From the NCBI GenBank assembly GCA_964016885.1, contig OZ024743.1:178064001-178128000 (forward strand): DNA of 64,000 nucleotides, in the 5' to 3' direction. The position numbers and the translations under genes were made by a program. Positions within the stretch are counted from its first letter, which is position 1; each line of letters starts with the position of its first letter. The stretch is from Eledone cirrhosa. Lineage: Eukaryota. The notes beneath the pieces were generated by a model that saw only the letters and a program-made list of their open reading frames with translations, searched no databases and had not been told where the DNA came from. Shown piece after piece: positions 1 through 14,050 of this stretch.

Positions 1-199
1 TTTACCAATAAAAATTTGCCACTAATATTATTGTAAAATTTTTTATTTCTTGTCCAATTCTTTAAAGTTTTATCTTAGTTTCTTGTCCTATTCTTTTAAA
101 GTTTTATTTTAGTTTCTTGTCCTGTATTTTTAAAGGTTTATATTCCAACAATATTACTTTTTTTTGCTGTACGCATTTTTCTATCTGGTATATATATAG

Positions 200-252
200 T
201 TATAATAATAAAAAAAATGTGAAGACTAAAATCCGAAGAGGGCTCGACAAGG

Positions 253-299
<47 letters not shown>

Positions 300-447
300 C
301 CATTGAGCAAATATTTATTAAAATAACAGATAAAAGTTTAAGCAAAGAATAGCTGCTTTCACCCTTAACGGGATCTTCAGAAGATCTCATTAAGGGTGAA
401 AGCAGCTATTCTTTGCTCAAACTTTAATCTGCTATTTTAATAAATAT
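200..447. repeat. Fold-back element: 68-bp inverted arms (311-378 / 380-447) with a 1-nt loop, plus a one-sided extension (200-310)
   Basis: ATATTTATTAAAATAACAG...GGGATCTTC-A-GAAGATCTCATTAAGGG...TTTTAATAAATAT; same family as 8677-9300, in opposite orientation. Confidence 0.85.
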
Positions 448-487
448 ATATATATATGTGTATATATATAAATATATATAAATATAT

Positions 488-642
488 AAGTATGTATGTA
501 TACGTACATACATATATGTATACAGACGTGCACACATATATATATATGTACGTATGGGTTTACCGAACATTTATCTAATGTTCGGTTTGTTTGTTTATAA
601 ACAAATAAACAGCCCGAATTACGCCGTACAGTGTTCGGGCAG
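488..642. repeat. Partial copy of the arm of the 2530-3119 fold-back element
   Basis: Shares GTACGTATGGGTTTACCGAACATTTAT...AACAGCCCGAATTACGCCGTACAGTG with 2609-2690 and with the reverse complement of 2955-3035. Confidence 0.8.
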
Positions 643-659
643 TGGTGGTGCTGGTGGTG

Positions 660-660
660 T

Positions 661-742
<82 letters not shown>
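660..742. repeat. (TAG)n microsatellite
   Basis: Read directly from the sequence. Confidence 0.95.
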
Positions 743-743
<1 letters not shown>

Positions 744-1089
744 TGGGGGGGGGTGCAACTGATATCGATACAACAGCCACAAGTCTGTCTACATCAGCAC
801 ATAAGACCACCTCAACTAGTAAACTTATTTAACACTAACACAAATTATTATTTTACATATTAGAATTGTATTTAACATCTGAGTAATAGGAAATTATTTC
901 CTTCATTGAGATATTGTTACATGCAATAAACCAATAAACATAACATTGAAAGAAAGCATTTACTAGTAAATATATCTGATGCAGAACTTTACATCTTAAA
1001 ATATGTTCTCTTCCGTTCAACAGGATAGAAACAGACCTGGATGGAGTCCAAATTCTGTTTGAAATTACAAATATTACAGATATAGGAAT

Positions 1090-1800
1090 CTCCTCCTCCT
1101 CCGCCTCCTCCGCCTCCTCCTTCTTCCTTTTTTTCTCTCTTCGTCTTCTTCTACTTATTCCTGACCGTGCCGTTGGGGCTGAGACCTCAGGCACTCCTTC
1201 CATTCCAGAATGTCATGTAAGAAACAACTGTCTCCAAATTATCCGACCGAATCATCAATTGAATTCACATGGATATCATTCAACCATCCTGTTTGTGGTC
1301 TACCTCGGGTTTTCTGTCGGTTAACCGTGTCTGTAAACTGTCCGGTGATTCTTTCCTTTTACATTCTAACCATATGACAGTAGTATCTGAGCTATGATCT
1401 ACTGATGAGGAGGAGAAATAGTGGTTCTAGCTGGAGCGATAACATAGTTATATATACATGATATGGTGTGCTAGATGCAACAAGTCATAGCACAAACTAT
1501 GAGAAAAGCCTCCAAGACAGCCTCCACTACATCGTAATGAGGGTTCTTAATAAATCTGGATGTTGTAAGGCTCCGATCAATTTCAGCGGTGTGAACCATA
1601 CTGAGCTATTCTAAATGTAGGAAGTTCCAGTGGTTGGATCAATTCTTTGTACTACAGCGTCTACGCAGTTCCCTAGTTAAACGCTGCAGCTACCAGATCC
1701 TCTTTTGTGGTGAGGCAACTCCATATCGACCAGCGTTTGTCGCTGAACCGACCTCCACCTGGATTGAAACAGTGTCGCGTTTGTAAGCAGGTGCATACTG
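1090..1800 (-). mobile_element. Highly decayed 3' end of an RTE-like LINE
   Basis: Minus-strand remnants LRYYCHMVRM and TRGRPQTGWLNDI resemble the RTE C-terminal LR(Y/W)xGH..R and RGRP..W.D motifs; followed by a (GAA/GGA)n-like tail; many stops. Confidence 0.5.
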
Positions 1801-2404
1801 AAATAAGCTGAGAGGAAGTCACCTCTGAAAAATCGTATGAGTGATGTACATGCGCACACACACAAATATATACATATCTATAAAGGAAAGCTTCAAATGA
1901 CATAAGACCAGACGACTGAGAGTTGAAACAGAATCTCCGAGTAGAGATTAAGATTTGAATGAATATTATTCCATACTACCTTACACTAATAGAGCTGCAT
2001 TTCACCTTGATTCTGCTTTGCTGTTGATTTTGATTGCGCTTGTATTTGCAATGTATGGTGTGTACCAATCTAAGGTATGGAGTTATCTGTTGTATGTAAT
2101 ATCTTGAAACTTCAAACAGTATTTAAATTCCTGAAGTTCTGAAGATATGTAGAGCGAGGGACATATACCTCATATGCATCGTGGTATAGCCCACTGCTCC
2201 ACATTGAAACATGTAGAATTAAAATCATATTTTAAGTATAAATTCTCTCTCTATTAATACATTCTCTCTCTATTAATAAATGTTGAGCTCTGCAGCCCGT
2301 AGCCTAACAGTCTGCAACAGAATTTCCAACGGCTGACGAAATCCTCAGCCAATTTTGAATTACTGTTGTATCAAAGGAACTGGATAGCATCGAGTATATA
2401 TATA

Positions 2405-2462
<58 letters not shown>

Positions 2463-2497
2463 TAATATTGGCGTTTTCTAATATAGATTCTGTTAAA

Positions 2498-2530
<33 letters not shown>

Positions 2531-2731
2531 TATGTATACGTACATACATATATGTGTACAGACGTACAGTAATATGTATATATATACATACATGCACACA
2601 TATATATATGTACGTATGGGTTTACCGAACATTTATTATAATGTTCGGGCTGTTTGTAAACAAACAGCCCTAATTACGCCGAACAGTGCTCAGCAACCAT
2701 CGTCGCCCTTTTGTTCAATACTGACACAGGA

Positions 2732-2774
2732 ACGATGTACTAGTTTCAAGCTTATTAGCTATCGTCAGCATCGT
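2732..2774 (-). ncRNA. Minimal type I hammerhead ribozyme motif (inverted copy)
   Basis: Exact reverse complement of 2871-2913. Confidence 0.8.
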
Positions 2775-2870
2775 ATACCTTTCTGTCAGATGATACCTTT
2801 CTGCTCAGCCGTTAATATGCATAAGGAAAGTATATACTTTCAAACGTTCAATCATCTGACAGAAAGGTAT

Positions 2871-2913
2871 ACGATGCTGACGATAGCTAATAAGCTTGAA
2901 ACTAGTACATCGT
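2871..2913 (+). ncRNA. Minimal type I hammerhead ribozyme motif
   Basis: ACGATG-CTGACGA-T-AGCT-AATA-AGCT-T-GAAA-CTA-GTA-CATCGT: 6-bp stem I, CUGANGA core, 4-bp stem II, GAAA, palindromic stem III (ACTAGT), GUA cleavage triplet. Confidence 0.85.
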
Positions 2914-3308
2914 TCCTGTGTCAGTGTTGAACAAAATGGCAACGATGGCTGCCGAGCACTGTACGGCGTAATTCGGGCTGTTTGTTTACAAACAAACCGA
3001 ACATTATAATAAATGTTCGGTAGACCCATACGTACATATATATATATATGTGTGCATGTATGTATATATATACATACTACTGTACGTCTGTACACATATT
3101 TGTATGTACGTATACATACGTATATTTAGGTATCAGTCGTACTAAGAGTGAGAAATGAAATTTCGTTTCATTCTTTTCCATTTATCGTTTTCGGTATGCC
3201 CGGCCGACTAACTCACTCGATATGCAAATTAGGCTGCTCAGCTGTTAATAGGCATAAGGAAAGTATATACTTTCAAACGTTCAATCATCTGACAGAAAGT
3301 TATACGAT

Positions 3309-3498
3309 AAATTAAGGGAGTAATGTCCAAGACATGCGCCATATCCACCGTAGAATAAGCTCAAAGATTCCAATGAATAGATCCGAGCATTTTATATCAA
3401 TTCTAGTTGATATAAAATGCTCGGATCTATTCATTGGAATCTTTGAGCTTATTCTACGGTGGATATGGTGCATGTCTTGGACTTGACTCCCTTAATTT
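3309..3498. repeat. Fold-back with ~92-bp arms and a 6-nt loop (TTCTAG); right arm repeated at ~3936-4036
   Basis: AAATTAAGGGAG...GCATTTTATATCAA / TTGATATAAAATGC...CTCCCTTAATTT. Confidence 0.85.
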
Positions 3499-4038
3499 AA
3501 CTAAATTTTGGATGTATACACGGCCCCTTAATGGTAGAGCTAACTCAGTTGAAAGGACTCGGATGCTATTTCTAGCTGTCGATAAACCTATTCACGTCAC
3601 TGGGATAACGCTGGCACGATGTGTGTTGTTTTAAAAATGCAACACGTGCGACGGGTCATTCGCAGATTTGCGTTGGATGAGTAAACACAGATAGTTAAAT
3701 CTTCTCCTTGCTGAAAATGCGGGATATGACTACTGTGAGTTTACGGATTAATTGGTGAAATATATTTCTGTAATGAAATATATACAAGGAAGATTAATCA
3801 TTTTTAAAAGGTAATACTTGAAGTTCTAGTTAAACTTTAATTAGTTACCTACCTAGCTGTGTGTGCTTATACACTTTACAAATTATCCCCTGTGATTGTT
3901 TCATGTGCATATTTTAAATGTATATATATGTCAATCAATTTCTAGTTGATATAAAATGCTCGGATCTATTCATTGTAATCTTTGAGCTTATTCTACGGTG
4001 GATATGGCGCATGTCTCGGACATTACCCTTAATTTAAT

Positions 4039-4169
<131 letters not shown>

Positions 4170-4589
4170 ATTTATGCTGAAAAAAAATAGATAACCTATA
4201 CAACAGAATGAAGAGGGAATTACATGAGAAGTTAATAGTCTGACGCTTGAAGCAATAGAAAACAAAGTTATTTTGGTGATTAGGACCCAGGCTTTGAAAT
4301 TGTCCTACTGTCACAACAGCAACCTGCACTAACCAGTGTTTAGTAGGGCGTGCTCAAAGTGCTGTTATAGCCGTCTCTTTCAGTCTGTAATAACAAAGGT
4401 TAGCGAGTCAACTTATTAGACGATATATTAATGATATAGTAATGATATACATTAGTAATGATATACTAAAGCTGCAATAATCTAACGCAGTTATAACTGC
4501 CTCTTTAAAAAAAAGTCTCTAAACTTCTGGAATGTATACAACACACATGTACATAGACAAATAAATATATTTATTCGAAAGCACAAATG

Positions 4590-5136
<547 letters not shown>

Positions 5137-5168
5137 TGTGTGTGTTTGTATATATACATATATATATG

Positions 5169-5199
<31 letters not shown>

Positions 5200-5300
5200 A
5201 TGTGTGTGTGTGTGTGTGTGTATGTATGTGCGTGTGTGTGTATGTGTGTGTGTGTGCGTGCGTGTGTGTGTGTGTGTGTATGTGTGTATGTGTGTGTGTT

Positions 5301-5353
<53 letters not shown>

Positions 5354-5385
5354 GCGTGTGCGTATGTGTGCGCGTGCGCGCGCGT
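5137..5385. repeat. (TG)n-rich microsatellite
   Basis: Read directly from the sequence. Confidence 0.9.
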
Positions 5386-5729
5386 TGGTGTATAATTATA
5401 TAATATTAAAAACATCGAAGGCCATATGCAGTTGATTTTGGTGTATTTCTATCTCCATCATACGTATTTCACTGATGTCTGCAGCTAAATAGTTTTCATC
5501 CGCCAAACATTGGCAGCCTGAGCTCGACAGGCAATATAAAATACCTTTAAAGCTTAAAAATATTAAAAACCTCCAAAACATTTCTGAAAAACTTCTCGAA
5601 AATGTTTTTCATTTCGTGATACATGGCGAGGCAGAATGTGATGATGTTGTTTATATGCCAGCCGGCTCCTGTGTGTACACACACATACACACACACGCAT
5701 GCGCGCACACACACACACACACACCCACG

Positions 5730-5760
<31 letters not shown>

Positions 5761-6116
5761 GATGGCTGCAAACTCTGCTAATAATATTGCAATCGCTTGC
5801 CAGATTACAGAAAATGGTGCACTTTTAGGCTGCGGGTTTTTTTTTCAGAGTTTCCCTCTCTTAGAAAGGTGTTGTGACAATATACATATACACACATGTA
5901 TATACATATACACACATGTATATACATATACACACACATGTATATACATATCTATATACATATATATACACATATATACACACATATATATACACATATA
6001 TACACAAAGGACTAGCGTGCGAAACGTTAAGACCCTCTTCCTGCTATTTCAAGCGTTAATCTAATATATCCCTTCCATATACTGTACTGATCGTGTTGTT
6101 ATTTCTGTTTACCCTT

Positions 6117-6204
<88 letters not shown>

Positions 6205-6210
<6 letters not shown>

Positions 6211-6588
6211 TTAGTTAAGCAAAACAAGACCACACATTTCACAAGGAAGACATCATTAAAAGATTGTCAACATATTTTAGTTTTTTATGTAAGGAATGTA
6301 GAGAATAATAATAATATTAATAATAATAATGTCCGTTTAGAATTGTTTCGCTACTCCATGTCTTTAAATATGTTAATTATTTTCAACTGAACCAGATCAA
6401 TAATGGTATATAGGCATTTGATACAGAAATATTATATGGAGTAACGAAACAATTGTAAACGGACATTATTATTATTAATATTATTATTATTCTCTACATT
6501 CCTTACATCAAACTAAAATATGTTGACAATCTTTTAATAATGTCTCCCTTGTGAAATTTGTGGTCTTGTTTTGCTTAACTAATGAATA
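6205..6588. repeat. Fold-back with ~155-bp arms (6205-6359 / 6436-6588); carries the 3' half of a minimal HHR (GAAAC-AATT-GTA, 6446-6457)
   Basis: Arms are reverse complements with few mismatches; abuts (TA)n. Confidence 0.8.
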
Positions 6589-6752
6589 TCTCCAGCTCTC
6601 CGCGCCTAACTTCTGCATGAACCCAGCCACCTAGCTGCTTTCCACTGCATATTGCACATTGAGCACGTGCCTTTACGCATTGGCTTCTAACTAATTCACC
6701 AATCTCTCCTCTCCTATCTCCATCTCTCTCTTTAAGATTGGTTACTCTTGAA

Positions 6753-6892
<140 letters not shown>

Positions 6893-7715
6893 CGTAAACA
6901 GAAATAACAACATATTAAGGGACATAATGCCGAACGGTCAAGTTTAAACTGGTTAAACTTGACCGTCAGGCACGATACTTTGTTTTTCAGTTTTTTGGGG
7001 GTCAGTAAAGACAAAAAAAACAACGTAGTTCTAGTGCATCCATATTTCCTTGTAGCTATTGGATCCTGAATGTTTCGTTATCAAGAGAAAAAGCACCAAC
7101 AACAATATTATATAGTGTCGGTATATATAGTAGACAAATTGGGGCCTTTCGTTGTTATTAGAATTCCCGAGAGCATCATACAGAAGCTGTATAATATTGT
7201 ACACGAATAAGCATGAAATATTCGTATATTTAAATAAATATATCCTCAGGGTTACACACGACAACCACATGAAAAACATTAGTTACGCGAGTGCCAATAT
7301 ACTGAATATTCAGTGTATAAATAATCGAATTATATACACATATATATGTAAGTATGGATGTATGTATATAAACATATGTATGTAAGTATGTATATGTAAG
7401 TATGTATATGTAAGTATGAAAGTATGGATGTATGTATATAAACATATGTACGTACGTATGAATATAAGCATATGTATATATGTATGTATATACGCAAATG
7501 TATTTAAGCTTGTATATGTAAGAATGTATATGTAAGTATGTACGGATGTATGTATATCACTCTAAAGTGAATAACCTGTGGGCGATGAACGCAGTGATTT
7601 AGAAATATTAAAGGTTATAAGGTATTCTTCAATATATGAATATATATATATATATATATTATATGTGTATGTGTGTATGCGCGCGCGCGCGCGCGTGTGT
7701 GTGCGTGTGTGTGTG

Positions 7716-7820
<105 letters not shown>

Positions 7821-7858
7821 CGTGTGTATATATATGTATATATATATATATATATATA

Positions 7859-8509
7859 CTAGCCGAATTACTCGCGCTTTGCTGCATTTCACATATTTTT
7901 TGTAAGAAAATGATTGATTTTAAATCTGTGATATAATTTATGGAGAAAAACTCTGCATTTCAATATTACTCAATGTAAAATGTAATGCATGAAAAATATG
8001 AATACATTAATTTTTGTAATATATCAAATCAAAATTACATTAATAAATCTTATTCTTATTTTGTTTCTTGTAAATATTTTTTTCATAATATCAATTGAAA
8101 ACTTTTGTGAATAGGCATCATATCTTGTCATTTACCTATGGTTTAAATTTCATATACATCGAGGGGAAAAGATTTTCAGCGGGAGTTTGTGCCTCCGGCT
8201 AAACCTAATAGAGGATTTAACCTCCATTAGGGTGTCTTAATATTATTGAAATTTGCTGAAATTGTGTGAATAGGCATCATATCTTATCATTTACCTATGG
8301 TTTAAATTTCATATAAATCGAAAGGAAAAAATTTCAGCGGGGGTCTGTGCCTCCGAGGAACACTTTGATTAAAATGAAATATACTTATCCAAGCACCCTG
8401 GGCAATGTAGTTTCAGAATATATATGGTTATGGGGGTCTATCTCCAAAACCATAGGAGGAGTTCGTTAACAAACAAACAAACAGACTGGAATACAACTTT
8501 ATATATAGA
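7859..8509 (-). mobile_element. Non-autonomous Helitron
   Basis: Minus strand starts TCTATATATAAAG followed by (TGTT)n and ends in a GC-rich degenerate hairpin (GCAGCAAAGCGCGAG) plus CTAG; inserted between A and T with no TSD; internal ~100-bp duplication (8105-8200 / 8262-8356). Confidence 0.7.
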
Positions 8510-8635
8510 TATGTATATGTGTATGTGCATGTGTGTGTTTGTGCGTGTGTGTGTGCGTGCGTGTGTGTGTATACGGACATATAGTACTTATGTTAGTCAA
8601 TATATCAATCTCTCAGATTATATCTATCTATCTAA

Positions 8636-8676
<41 letters not shown>

Positions 8677-8684
<8 letters not shown>

Positions 8685-9298
8685 TAAAATAACAGATTAA
8701 AGTTTAAGCAAAGAATCGCTGCTTTCACCCTTAACGGGATCTTCTGAAACTAACAAAGTCAATCTGTAAACGCAGAACTGGATATTTCAAAAAACGTTGC
8801 AACTGGAGGAAGACAGGAAGACGATACTTTGGTTCGTGGTAACGTTCGCTGGCAAAGAACGGGAAAAAACGAATAATACGTCATTAATAGGAGCGGTGAA
8901 AAACAATTACGCGCAAAGACAAAACCACGTTTATGGTATAAAAGAGGTCGTAGACTAATGTTCTCTTAAGTGGTGCATAGAGACGTTCTCTGGCAATGAA
9001 CGAAATTAATGACGTATAATTCGTTTTTTCCCGTTCTTTGCCAGCCAACGTTACCACGAACCAAAGTATCGTCTTCCTGTCTTCCTCCGGTTGCAACGTT
9101 TTTTGAAATATCCAGTTCTGCGTTTACAGATTGACTTTGTTAGTTTCAGAAGATCCCGTTAAGGGTGAAAGCAGCGATTCTTTGCTTAAACTTTAATCTG
9201 TTATTTTAATAAATATTTGCTCTACGGTTCTTATATATTTGATATATATTTTCCTTATCGAGCCCTCTTTGGATTTTAGTCTTCAATTTTATTATTAT

Positions 9299-9300
<2 letters not shown>
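8677..9300. mobile_element. Fold-back with 212-bp arms (8677-8888 / 9005-9216), a 116-bp spacer and a one-sided extension to ~9300; probable PLE pLTR derivative
   Basis: Near-perfect inverted arms with (TA)n on both flanks; HHR-like CAGAAGA-TCCC-GTTAA-GGGT-GAAA at 9147-9170 (core deviates from CUGANGA). Confidence 0.75.
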
Positions 9301-9352
<52 letters not shown>

Positions 9353-9412
9353 CAAATTTAGACGGGAACAAAACAGAGAGGCAGACAAATAAAGGTTTAT
9401 TAGGTTCACGCT

Positions 9413-9460
9413 AAGGGCTTATGCCCGAAACGACGTTTCGGGCATAAGCCCTTCTTCAGG
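9413..9460 (-). ncRNA. Minimal HHR core embedded in a perfect 41-bp palindrome
   Basis: Minus strand reads CTGAAGA-A-GGGC-TTAT-GCCC-GAAAC-GTC; 9413-9432 and 9434-9453 are exact reverse complements; stem I partner is missing. Confidence 0.6.
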
Positions 9461-9517
9461 ATAAATAGGTTAGGAAGACAGTTCCGAGGGTGTGTGGAAA
9501 TACATATATATATATAT

Positions 9518-10275
9518 AGTATCTTAAAATGCAGTGGCTGCCGTGGTGATCTTGGATATTTCTACGCTTTAAAGGCAAGATATCTCACCCCAGGGCGTCA
9601 ATAACTGGATAAGTTATTGGGAAAACGGAGGAGGGAGGGAAAGAAAGCAAAGGGGAAGAAAAGAGAAAACAGTACAAAAAAACAACAAACCGGGCAATGT
9701 GCGAGCAACTTAAGGTAAGGAAATCCAAGACCACTCGATAAGAGAACTTAAGTTCAAGACTGAGTGGTCGAGAGTAAAAAGACACACGTCTGATCCCCGC
9801 AGTTATAAGTGAGAAAAGAACTGCTAAAGGGTCAGGCGAGGGGGTGAAAGTGAGAGGGAGAAGAAGAAAGTGGGGTAAGAGTATATAGGGATAAAGGGAG
9901 TGGAAGAAACAGGGGTGAAAGTAGAAAGTAGCGAAATAGGTAGGTAGAAAGGGAGAGAGAAGAATGATCACAGCGAAAACATGATGAAATATATGGAGAA
10001 TAGAAATGGCTGTGTAGTTGCTATTTAAGGTATCTTAAAATGCAGTGGGAATACGAAGAAAGCAAGAACGGGGGGGGGGGGGGAGATTTTTCCTCATCAG
10101 CCGTCTACTGAGGGTCTCGGATATTTCTACGCTTTAAAGACAAAATATCTCAACTCAGGGCGTCAATAACTGGATAAGTTATTGGGAAAACGGGTGAGGG
10201 AGGGAAGGAAAGCAAAAGGGAAGAAAAGAAAAAAACAGTAAAATACAGCGAAAAAAACAACAAACTGAGTACATA
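9518..10275. repeat. Diverged direct repeat pair (~9518-9705 and ~10030-10275)
   Basis: Shared GTATCTTAAAATGCAGTGG and GGATATTTCTACGCTTTAAAG...CAGGGCGTCAATAACTGGATAAGTTATTGGGAAAACGG. Confidence 0.75.
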
Positions 10276-10412
10276 TATAAGCTTGGGTGCGGCGGTGGAG
10301 AGGGAATGTCTGTATATATATAAAGCTGTTCGCTCCAACTTAGATGTATACATATATGTGTATTTTGTATATCTAGCGATACCGTACTGTATATATATAT
10401 ATATGAATTTAG

Positions 10413-10689
10413 AAGAAACAAGGGACTGTGTGGTTACTTGATAAAGTGTATTTAGAAATAAAAGGAATGCATAAACAAGGGACAGTCCACTCTTCAGTTG
10501 TCTGCTGGAGGTCACCGACATTTCAACTCATTAAATACAATATGTCTAACTCCAGTGCATCAATAACTTGTGAAAGTTATTGGGGAAGAAAAAAGGAGAG
10601 AGACAAAAAATTAAACGGAAAGAAAAAAAAACGCAGAGAACATACCAAAAAAAGGAGGGAACACGAGGAGAAGCACATATATGTAAGTA

Positions 10690-10781
<92 letters not shown>

Positions 10782-10963
10782 GGGTCAAACCAGCGGCTGA
10801 ACATAAGTCTGAGGCTTTATTGACAGTGAAATAGGGAGAGCAAAGAAAAACAAGTCTAACTGCGGCAGGAGTAGGCGAAAAGAGGCAGAGACGAGAGAAA
10901 ACGGAAATAGTAAGAGAGCAAAGAGAAAGAGAGTATGAGAGAGAGAGAGAGAGAGAGAGAGAA

Positions 10964-11035
<72 letters not shown>

Positions 11036-11200
11036 GTTAATAACAACAAAGGAATAGAGTGAAAATTCAAAAGAACCAAGTGACTGTGTGGTTACTTCAT
11101 AAAGTGTATTTAAAAATAAAAGGAAAGCACAAACTAGGGAAATTCCCTCTTCAGTCGTTTGCTGGAGGTCACCGACATTTCAACGCATTAAATACAATAT
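10413..11200. repeat. Direct repeat pair (~10413-10542 and ~11071-11200) flanking (GA)n/(GAAA)n tracts
   Basis: Shared GACTGTGTGGTTACTT...GCTGGAGGTCACCGACATTTCAAC...ATTAAATACAATAT. Confidence 0.8.
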
Positions 11201-11941
11201 AAGGGAATTAACTCTAACATAGCTTTGTATATGAAATATGTGAAGTTGCATATCTCGTGATAAACGGTATGTAGATATGATACATCAAATAAAATCGTAA
11301 TTGACAATATACACAGAAATTGAACGAAGACTGCGTTACACTGTCTTATGTAATCAGTAACGTAATCCATGATACATTAAAAAAAGATGATATTATATAT
11401 AAACTGCATTAGAAAAAAATTAGTGACGTCTTATTGGACCCTTTTGAAAACGATTTATTAATGCTCGTGAAGAATATTAAGTATAGAAAACCTTAAGTGA
11501 AAACAATCATTTCCTCAAAAACCTTAATTCTACTATTAAAGACTTTAATAAAAATAAGAATATCTTAATCCTAGAAAATAAGACCAAAAATATCTATAGC
11601 CTACATTATAACACTCACAGAAAATTTATATATAAGGAATTACCTAAAAATTATAAGAAAACCACATCTAAAAACATATATATTAAAGGGCTTTAATATT
11701 GGGACATAAATTAAAACTTGAAAAGTATACTCAACCTTATATCCTAACCCATCTAGATTTACTTTGAAGGATCATAAGGAGGATTTTGATACTAATCCTA
11801 CAGTTAGATTAATATGCCCATCTAAGTCTGACATTGGTAAAATTAGTAAAAGAATTCTAGACCAAATTATCCCCAAAATCAAACAGAAGATCCATTTCAA
11901 CCTTTTGGGTAATACTAGGGAAGTGGTTGATTGATAATAAT

Positions 11942-11994
11942 TTTTTCTACTTTTAGCACAAGGCCAGCAATTATCCCAGTGCATTACTGGTACT
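11942..11994 (-). mobile_element. 5'-truncated SINE tail inserted in PLE C, with TSD
   Basis: Matches the 3' end of the SINE at 51041-51226; TSD ATTGATAATAAT at 11930-11941 and 11995-12006. Confidence 0.7.
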
Positions 11995-14050
11995 ATTGAT
12001 AATAATAAATCTAAGAAGTTTATACAATTTGACATTAACTCTTATTACATAACCATCTCTCCTATCTTATTAAATAAAGCTCTAATTATGGTCATGAATA
12101 ATAGTAATTCTAGCGGCCTGTAAAACTATCATCAAATTCGAAGATCAATTATGGACTCCTAAGAATACACCTAATAATTTTGATATCACTATAGGATCTA
12201 GTGATTCTGCACAGGTCACTGATTTAGTTGGATTATACCTTTTAAATGAAATTCATAAAACTTTACCTTACTTGAAGGGTGGATTATATCGCGATGGTGC
12301 CTTATTCATTTATAAAAAATATAATATTGAAAGAACTAAGAAGGAACTGCATAAATTTTTCAAAACTTTTAACCTAATTATTACTTTAGATAAGAACAAC
12401 AAAACTGTTTTCCTTGATGTTACCCTATGCTTGGATACTAAAACCTTTACATCTCACCATAAACCTAATGAAAAACCTTTTTTTGTTGATACTAATTCTA
12501 ACCACCCTAGATCTGTCTTAAATTCAATTATTAAATGTGTATCTAATAGAATTAGTAATTAATCTTATAATGAAGCTATCTTTAATCAAAATACTCATTA
12601 TTATAATGAAGCTTTATCACGTTATGACTATAAATATAAAATTAAGTTTTTGACAAAAAACTTTTTGCTTACTATAATAAACAACCTAATATTATTTTAC
12701 ATAATATGGGTATGAAAAATATGAAAAAACCTAGAAATTTTCAAACTAATAAAGATAATAATATTATTAATTGTAACAGTGGATTAAATAATGATATACA
12801 TCCTCCCAGATCTACAGTTCCTCCCAGCACTAATAAAAAAACATCTTAAAGATAAGAAAAATATTATGAATAAAAAACATAGTATTTACACTAAATCTAA
12901 CATCTGTAATATTAAACATAAAACTGAAGATAATAATTATAAGGATACATTTTTAGCAACAAAAATAAAAAGAATAGAAGAAGTCTTAATTCCTATTTTA
13001 ATCCACCTTTCAACTTAAATGTTTCTACTAATATACCTAGAGTATTCTTCTCTATTATTGAAAAAAAAATTCCACTTGATCACAGATACCATAATTTAAT
13101 TAATAATAAAAAATACCATCAAAATCTCTTATTCTATCTCACCTAACATTGCTTATCACATAGCGAGTAGTAATAGCAAGAAAATTAGTAAATATTTTTT
13201 ATTTATAACTTAAATAACAATTCACAAGTTGATACGCTTAACAATACTGTACCTAATAATTTGTTTTTCCATTTAATAAACTGAAACTCTCTTATAGAAT
13301 GTCCTATATGAATTACCTCGCTTTTGTTGTTTATTTTAGTATTAACCATCATTTAAGGATAAATTTTCAAACTCCATGTTAAGATGGAGTTCGTTATGCC
13401 TAGACATATATGACTTTCTCCACTCTATTCAAATATGTGGTGTTTTTTTATGATAGCACGTACATCAATATTGGATTTTTACTTTGCTGATTATATTTAC
13501 TCAACATTAATTCCTTTGAATGGTTTGATTAACAATGATAACACTTCAATCTATATTTTATTTTTATTTTGCTGGGTATACTTATTCAACATTATTACCT
13601 TTGAATGGTTTGAAAAATAATAGTTTATTTTTTTGACTGAATTACGATGTCGAACTTTTTATATCCATTCTAAAAAATATCTTTTGGAGATGTATTTGTA
13701 TATTTTCAAATTTATATGTGAACTGCACACCAGATCTTGATAACTTTATAAATTGTTTTAATGCTTATGATATATGTTTATTTACTGATTATAATATATG
13801 TATTACACTGTACTTAACCTTTCTGTAGCAGCATGTTTCTCTAAAGCAGCACGCGTTTAAAATTTTTTTAAACTTTTAATGCTTTTAGCTACTCCTAATT
13901 TTATAGCATTTATATGCTCATATTTTCCATATGCTTCTTCTGCGTTTGCTATCTTTTCTTATGTAAATGCTTACTTTCCATATTATGTATCCTCCTAATG
14001 TTCTTATCACAAAGTTCTGATATTATATTTGTGTTTTAACCTTTATTGTA

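Larger units (their letters stand above)
2530..3119. mobile_element. Fold-back element with ~265-bp inverted arms (2530-2794 / 2851-3119), probably PLE pLTR-derived, with a hammerhead in each arm
   Basis: Arms are near-perfect reverse complements; preceded by (TA)n; spacer segment re-occurs at 3234-3308. Confidence 0.8.
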
